64,000 bases of DNA from Reclinomonas americana ATCC 50394 (lineage: Eukaryota): positions 1,054,001-1,118,000 of the forward strand of contig PS015010.1 of NCBI GenBank assembly GCA_048213135.1. The letters are read 5' to 3'. A program made the position numbers and the translations under genes. The notes beneath the pieces are model-generated. The model did no database searches. It had not been told where the DNA came from and saw nothing but the letters and a program-made list of their open reading frames with translations. Positions 58,468 to 64,000 of this stretch are shown here, piece after piece. Every line of letters starts with the position of its first letter. The stretch's first letter is position 1.

Positions 58468-60028
58468 TATGAAATATTTGTTCGTTTAAACTTGATAATA
58501 AAAAACAGCCCACGATAATTTTGGGCACTTCTTTAATAATGCTCTTATTTAAAATAGGTAAAAAGTCCGGGATTCGATAAGTCGCTAAATTTTGTATCTC
58601 TGCTTTTTCTAGCATCCAAAGTATGTTTTCTCCTATATAGTCAATGAATTCAATTGCTTTATAACTTTTGTCAGAAGATGCCCAAATTTTTTGCAAATAT
58701 TGTGAATCTATATTTTTATGTTTTTCTACAATTTTGGCAATTCGATAATTTAATATGGTTTTAATTTTACTGTCTAGAAACTCATTCAAATTGTCTAGCA
58801 ACTCGCGATCTAAAATCACTTGTTTTATAGTTTTTGAATTCCCGTAATAAAATTTAAATGACCATTCTATACTAAATGGTTCCACTTTATTCGATAATTC
58901 AAAGCGTATGCCACTGCCAAATCTTAGATTGGGTATCGCAAACTGAAATTTTCTGGAATTTGGATATTTTCGTATAGGTAAGCCTAGTTTAGATGTAGGG
59001 GCCTCGGTTCTAGGTTTAAAATGTATATAATTTAATTCACTAGGACTTTTTAGTTTTTTTAATTTAGTGCCTAGCATACTCTGAAAAATATAATATGTTA
59101 AGATTGGTGGCACGGCATTGCCAATCATCTTAAATTTTGCATTTAAAGTTTTTCCATAAAACTGATATGTAATAGGGAATCCCTGTATAACTCCTCTTTC
59201 TCTTATATTAAGTCTTCTAAATCCGGTATTTGATTTGAGAATAATGCTTTCTCTTGAAACTCTGGTACAAGTTGCTGTAATAGTCCTACTTGGCTTAGAT
59301 AAATTTTCAGGGAATGACATTTTGTTGTAAACTGGATGGAATGTTTTGGCATCTCTATTTATTCGTTCTTCTTCCTTGGTTAAATCGACTTCATTCTCTA
59401 GCTCTGTTATTTCTTCTCGTTTAATTTTATAACCATAATTTGGGTCGGTTATTGTTTCTTGCCCCAATGCTCCTAAAACTTCACCAAGCGATTTTTTTCT
59501 GATTTCTGTCTTATATGTTTCAAATAGCTTTACAGGGAAATTACCAGCAATCATTCTTTTACGGCTCTGAGGAACACCATAATCTGACGCATCCACAATT
59601 GTAATTACTTTGATTAGGTGACTGAATTTTTTTAAAGAGCCGTTTAGTTCTTGTTTGAGAATATTTGCTACCCTAGGCACATTTTCCATTGCCCAGTATT
59701 TGGGCTTTAAGAAGTCTATTATTTCGAGGAATTTGTAAATATCGATTAATCCATCGGCTAAATCACCATTTCCTCCTCTATTTGCAAATGAGAATTGAGT
59801 ACAAGGAGGACTACCTACAACAAAATCAATTTTGGTTTTAAATTTTAAATCTGTTTTTACATTTATTCTTCGTATATCAACCTCTTTATGATCAGTACCA
59901 AAGTTAATATTGTGAGTATCATTTGCTTCTCTCCACCATTCATATGAAGCAATATTCTGTATCCCAGATAACTTCATTCCTAATGTCCAACCACCAATTC
60001 CACTATAAAAATCTATTGCTGACTTCAT
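58436..60028 (-). CDS. DNA (cytosine-5)-methyltransferase with about 200-aa C-terminal extension
   Basis: Motifs I FYSGIGG, IV GSPPC, VI ENV, VIII QSRKR, IX RERGVIQGFP and X GNAVPP, all within about the first 320 aa. Confidence 0.93.
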   Translation of the reverse strand: MKSAIDFYSGIGGWTLGMKLSGIQNIASYEWWREANDTHNINFGTDHKEVDIRRINVKTDLKFKTKIDFVVGSPPCTQFSFANRGGNGDLADGLIDIYKFLEIIDFLKPKYWAMENVPRVANILKQELNGSLKKFSHLIKVITIVDASDYGVPQSRKRMIAGNFPVKLFETYKTEIRKKSLGEVLGALGQETITDPNYGYKIKREEITELENEVDLTKEEERINRDAKTFHPVYNKMSFPENLSKPSRTITATCTRVSRESIILKSNTGFRRLNIRERGVIQGFPITYQFYGKTLNAKFKMIGNAVPPILTYYIFQSMLGTKLKKLKSPSELNYIHFKPRTEAPTSKLGLPIRKYPNSRKFQFAIPNLRFGSGIRFELSNKVEPFSIEWSFKFYYGNSKTIKQVILDRELLDNLNEFLDSKIKTILNYRIAKIVEKHKNIDSQYLQKIWASSDKSYKAIEFIDYIGENILWMLEKAEIQNLATYRIPDFLPILNKSIIKEVPKIIVGCFLLSSLNEQIFHNEDSKILLPS

Positions 60029-60137
60029 TTTATTTTCGAGAGTGTAAAATAATTGCTTTGAATCCTAATTATGATTGGATGAAGTTATTGATAGTATATT
60101 TAAATGCTAAATTTTTTATCGACTTTTCTGTTGTATT

Positions 60138-60761
60138 CTATAATTTTCTTATATCGGTTACTCTTAACTTAGTTGCTTTTTTAATAATCTCTTCGTCAAG
60201 CCCTAATGACTTCAACTCTTTTGCAATTGCGATTGAGTTCTCCTTCTTAATCCTTTTCGCTTCCACCTTTTCCTTCCATTCCCTCATTTCTTCCTCTTCC
60301 TTTCCTACGAGGCGCCAGGTGTCGGAGGCACGGAGCTGGGCCATTATGCCACGGTCGGCAAAGGAGAGGTGGTGGGTTTCGGTGATGATGAGGTGGTCGA
60401 GCACATCTACATTAATGATTTCGCCTACTTTGAGGATGCGGTCGGTAATGGCTTTGTCGGCTTCGGAGGGCAGGAGTTCGCCGCTGGGGTGGTTGTGCAC
60501 CAGTATCATTTTTACGGCGAGTTTGTAAATGGCCATGCGGAACACGTCGGGCGGGTTGGCGGTTACCCGGTTTTGCCGGCCCAGGGCTATCAATTCTATA
60601 AAAAGGATTTTATTGGCATTGCTGAGGCCCACTACCCAAAAATGCTCCTGGCTGCGGCCGAGTTTGTTCTCCCGTTTCAGTATCTGCTGCATAACGGGGG
60701 CTACTCCGGCGGGGCTGTTCACACGGGTCTTCTTCTGCGTATCGGATAGTTTTACGTTCAT
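60138..60761 (-). CDS. RadC-like JAB domain protein with C-terminal helical/HTH tail
   Basis: QEHF, HNHPSGELLPSEAD and LDHLII JAMM motif; tail IAIAKELKSLGLDEEIIKKATKL. Confidence 0.9.
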   Translation of the reverse strand: MNVKLSDTQKKTRVNSPAGVAPVMQQILKRENKLGRSQEHFWVVGLSNANKILFIELIALGRQNRVTANPPDVFRMAIYKLAVKMILVHNHPSGELLPSEADKAITDRILKVGEIINVDVLDHLIITETHHLSFADRGIMAQLRASDTWRLVGKEEEEMREWKEKVEAKRIKKENSIAIAKELKSLGLDEEIIKKATKLRVTDIRKL

Positions 60762-60922
60762 AGGGGTAAAGTTAAGGGAATGATGGGATGGAAATAGGGG
60801 GTTTTTACGGAGGGAGGGAATTTAAAAGTCAAAATTTAAAAGTAAAAAGGGCGAGATACGGGATGCCAGACACTGATAGGGAGATGCTTTTGAATTGAAA
60901 TACTGGGAAGTGATGCCTATAT

Positions 60923-62560
60923 TCATTTCTTTTTTTCAGCTTCATTCAACTGCCCAATCATGTGGTCTATATCATCACAGGCCTTATTCATGATCAATTC
61001 AATGATCTTATCCCTGTCATTTTTGTTTAACGATTGATGATACAGCTTTTTCAGGAATGGTTGCTGGTTATTATAATTCATAAGGGTAAATCCGTACCAA
61101 TAGGTATCCATCACAAAATTTAGTGTAAAATGAATCCCTGAATTTTCGGTGCCGGCTTTCTTTAAGGTTCTGAAGTTGTGAGAAAATTGTATTTCCCGGG
61201 TATTGCGGATAACCTCTTCGCTGCTCCAGGCTTCAGCCAGGGCTGTAATGCTTTGGAGAGTTTTGTCATCGCTGCCGATGCTGTACCAATAATAGTTTTG
61301 TTCCTGGAAGAGGTCGTTCAGGCTTGAAAGCTGGTCTAATAATTCGTTGTACAGTAACCTGAGCCCGTCGTTATAAATGCCAAGCAGGATAGGATAGGTG
61401 GCAGCTGTTTGAACCTCTTCACCTTTCATACCCTTTAGTTTTTCTTTTATTGCTTTAAGCCGGGTATCTAATTGTTTTTCGGGCTCTTTTAGTTCCTCAT
61501 CTAACCTGGTTTCAATTTCTTCTATACTGGGAAGTTCTCCACGAATATTGTCAGGCAATCGCTCTGCAATTTTGTATGCTGCAATGCCAATGGGCTTACC
61601 AGTATCCCTGAGCGCATATTCTGCAACTATTTTATTTTTTGTTTTGCAAAGGATCAATCCAATGGAAGGGTTATCATATTCTCCTTTCAAGGTGTCATCG
61701 GCTATATTCAGGTACAGGTGCATTTTACTTACAAACTCCGGTTCAAATTCACCTATCTTCAGTTCGATTATAATATAACGACGCATTTTGGTATGATAAA
61801 ACAGCAGATCTGTAAAAAACTCTTTGCCGCCCGCTTCAAAACGATTTTGCCGTCCGACAAGTGCAAATCCGGCTCCCAATTCCAGTAGAACTTTAGTAAT
61901 GTGAGCTATCAGTGCATCTTCAAGGTCGCGTTCCCTGGCTTCTTCACCAAGCATAATAAAATCAAAATTGTAAGGGTCTTTGAATATTTGGCGGGTAAGA
62001 TCACTCTCAATAGAAGGGAGCGTATTCTGAAAATTGTTAATAAGCGAACCTTGTGCTTCGAAAAGGCGGCTTTCGATCTGGTGTGCAAGCACGTTCCTGC
62101 TCCAGCCATTTTCAACAGCTTTTACAATGTAGAATGCTCTTTCACCGGGTGCTTTCGTCTTATTCAGGATGAGCGAATGATGCCCCCAGGGCAATTTGGC
62201 AACAGCTTGTTGCAGAATTATAAGTTCCTTATTATCATTAGTTTGTAATGTTGCAGCAGGTTGTTGCAACATCAGGAAATGGGGGTAGGCCTTGGCGAAA
62301 TCTCTCATATACCGGAGATTGCGTAAAGAAAATCCTTTCATCTCCGGAAATTCAGATCGCAAATCGCCTGCAAGCGTTTCAATAACCTTCGAGCCCCAGC
62401 CGGCAATACTTTCCTGGTCGGCGATAGCTTTACCAATTTCCCAATAAACAAAGAGCAATTCAGTATTTATTGCAAGAACAGCCTTTTGCCGGGCCGCTTT
62501 TATCTTAGTTTTAAGCTGCTGAAGAATTATTGCATAACCGGGTAACAGATGCGTGGGCAT
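60923..62560 (-). CDS. YhcG/DUF1016 PD-(D/E)XK nuclease with C-terminal extension
   Basis: YWEIG, GWGSKVI, GFSLRNL, LPWGHH, FKDPYNFDF, ELGAGF, DLLFYH, IIELK and VAEYAL; about 185 extra C-terminal residues. Confidence 0.92.
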   Translation of the reverse strand: MPTHLLPGYAIILQQLKTKIKAARQKAVLAINTELLFVYWEIGKAIADQESIAGWGSKVIETLAGDLRSEFPEMKGFSLRNLRYMRDFAKAYPHFLMLQQPAATLQTNDNKELIILQQAVAKLPWGHHSLILNKTKAPGERAFYIVKAVENGWSRNVLAHQIESRLFEAQGSLINNFQNTLPSIESDLTRQIFKDPYNFDFIMLGEEARERDLEDALIAHITKVLLELGAGFALVGRQNRFEAGGKEFFTDLLFYHTKMRRYIIIELKIGEFEPEFVSKMHLYLNIADDTLKGEYDNPSIGLILCKTKNKIVAEYALRDTGKPIGIAAYKIAERLPDNIRGELPSIEEIETRLDEELKEPEKQLDTRLKAIKEKLKGMKGEEVQTAATYPILLGIYNDGLRLLYNELLDQLSSLNDLFQEQNYYWYSIGSDDKTLQSITALAEAWSSEEVIRNTREIQFSHNFRTLKKAGTENSGIHFTLNFVMDTYWYGFTLMNYNNQQPFLKKLYHQSLNKNDRDKIIELIMNKACDDIDHMIGQLNEAEKKK

Positions 62561-62639
62561 CTGCCAAATTAGTAATTTTTGATTAATGCGGTATTGTAAT
62601 AACTACCCGTTTTTAAAGGGGTAATTGGGGAGAAAAAGA

Positions 62640-63206
62640 TCAGACCTTCAACATTCCCCTGAACCCCCTCGCAGCATAATACGACTCGGCCCCGTTGTGA
62701 TACAGGAACACGGTATTGTATCGGCGGTCGCAGAATAAAGCGCCGCCCAGTTTGCGGATGGGAGCGGGGGTGGCGATCCAGCTGGAGGTTTTCAAATCGA
62801 ATTCGCCCAGTTGCTGCAGCTGGCGGTACTGGTCTTCGGTTAGGAGTTCGATGCCCATGTCGGCGGCCATGTTTTCGGCACTGTCGGCAGGTTTGTGTTC
62901 TTTCCGCGATTCCAGGGCTTCGTGGTCGTAACAAATACTCCGGCGCCCTTTAGGGCTTTCGGCGGAACAATCCACAAAGAGGAGCTCGCCGGTCTTTTTA
63001 TCTACACCAATAACATCGGGTTCGCCGCCGGTCATTTCCATTTCGTTGAGCGACCACAGTTTGCCGGGGTCGGCTTCCAGCCTGGTTTGTACGGCGGGCC
63101 AGTTGATGTTTTTGTGGCGGGGTGTGTTTTTTTCGAAACGGGTTTTTAAAATGTCGAGAAGTTCGTTATGAAGGACAGGCGATAATTGCTTTTTATTACT
63201 TTTCAT
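62640..63206 (-). CDS. DUF4256 family protein
   Basis: MEMTGGEPDV, ESPKGRRSICYD, DLKTSSW, YHNGAESYYAARGFRG. Confidence 0.9.
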   Translation of the reverse strand: MKSNKKQLSPVLHNELLDILKTRFEKNTPRHKNINWPAVQTRLEADPGKLWSLNEMEMTGGEPDVIGVDKKTGELLFVDCSAESPKGRRSICYDHEALESRKEHKPADSAENMAADMGIELLTEDQYRQLQQLGEFDLKTSSWIATPAPIRKLGGALFCDRRYNTVFLYHNGAESYYAARGFRGMLKV

Positions 63207-63209
63207 ACT

Positions 63210-64000
63210 TTATGATTGTGCAAATATGTAATCAAATATTTTCTTTGTTTCTCTTTGCTTCCTGATCAGGCAATGCTCTAATTCCCAGTTGGTAAAATCA
63301 ATTGCCTGGTTCTTTACAATGGAAAAAGCACTTTCAGGATAACGGGTTCTTTTGAAATCATATGTTTCATTGCTGATGGAGCGGTTCATATGTTGTTCCA
63401 GCACCATGAGGTTGCCAATAGAATGAATATTATCCTGCCACTTATCCCAGATGTCCTGTCTTTTATTTCCATCGCTATCGTGAACTGATTGAATGTGTTC
63501 AATATCTATGTCAGAGTAAAAAATCCGTCTCCGTATATTGTCAATTTTACTGCAATCACTTGTCTGGTAATCTTCATCGAGCATGGCGGATAACCGGCAA
63601 ACAATATTTTTGATTTTTGCACTGTAGGCGATATTCCCATTCAGGGCATTTTCGAGGTCGTACCAGCCTTTATGATTTTCAAGGGTGCCGATCTTCTTAT
63701 TTAAGATATCCATGAGGTCCTCAAATGAACCGTTCACTATTTCTTTTATAAGTGAGTAGGTAAAAGTATGGATCTCATTTATGGCTTTCTGGAAACGGAT
63801 GCTGTATATAATATACAACTTGCTCAACTGACGGGTGAACAGCAGCATTTTCTTCCAGGAGTTTTCTTCCCGCCCAAACCGGAAGAGAAAGAGGAACACC
63901 AATACCCGGTACCTGCTGTACCTTGACCATTCAATAAATTCGATGGCACATGCATCTTCACAGGTTTCATAGTCATTTTTTTCCCAGGTGTACCGGACTT
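63210..64000 (-). CDS. GmrSD-like (DUF262/DUF1524) nuclease, C-terminal HNH part; 5' partial
   Basis: DIEHI...IHSIGNLMVL...NRSISN HNH/DUF1524 motif; the frame stays open to the window end. Confidence 0.75.
   Translation of the reverse strand, partial: VRYTWEKNDYETCEDACAIEFIEWSRYSRYRVLVFLFLFRFGREENSWKKMLLFTRQLSKLYIIYSIRFQKAINEIHTFTYSLIKEIVNGSFEDLMDILNKKIGTLENHKGWYDLENALNGNIAYSAKIKNIVCRLSAMLDEDYQTSDCSKIDNIRRRIFYSDIDIEHIQSVHDSDGNKRQDIWDKWQDNIHSIGNLMVLEQHMNRSISNETYDFKRTRYPESAFSIVKNQAIDFTNWELEHCLIRKQRETKKIFDYIFAQS

Noticed and set aside
55900-64000. Prophage or integrative element with att sites
   Set aside because: No integrase, tRNA target, phage structural genes or flanking direct repeat was found in the window.
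1-64000. rRNA or tRNA genes
   Set aside because: No cloverleaf or rRNA signature was seen in the intergenic regions.

Overview
Bacteroidota DNA, probably Chitinophagaceae (short RpoD, TAnnTTTG promoters, GldM-like gene). 1-25.3 kb is the enzymatic part of a pectin/hexuronate utilisation locus: CE12, CE8, GH43, the fusions CE12-GH28, GH105+extra domain and CE8-PL10, then uxaB-uxaA-uxaC, kdgK/eda and exuT, with a shared LacI-type operator. No susC/susD is in view. 25-46 kb is mostly housekeeping (ABC transporter, pgi, ltaE, RpoD-family sigma, trxB, folB, M1 peptidase, MATE, rsmD, lpxK), plus a REP-associated HUH/Y1 transposase (RAYT) with 10 copies of a GGTTGACATC/GATGTCAACC motif that also bracket the sigma gene. 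44.5-50.2 kb holds an ECF sigma/anti-sigma/Spy-like/YHYH/SCO/MORN cluster and a divergent adhesin-like gene, tied together by three copies of one ECF-type promoter motif. 55.9-64 kb is a defence-type accessory region. It opens with a 95-bp duplication and a 13 x 21-bp tandem array, followed by an AT-rich cassette with two convergent BglII/BstYI-family nucleases, a doubly frameshifted vsr and one C-terminally extended C5 methyltransferase. After that come a chimeric-looking RadC/JAB gene, an extended YhcG/DUF1016 nuclease, DUF4256 and a partial GmrSD-like gene. Several families of inverted heptamer arrays fill intergenic spaces. No rRNA, tRNA or CRISPR array was found. All calls are from motif recognition by eye; no searches were run.
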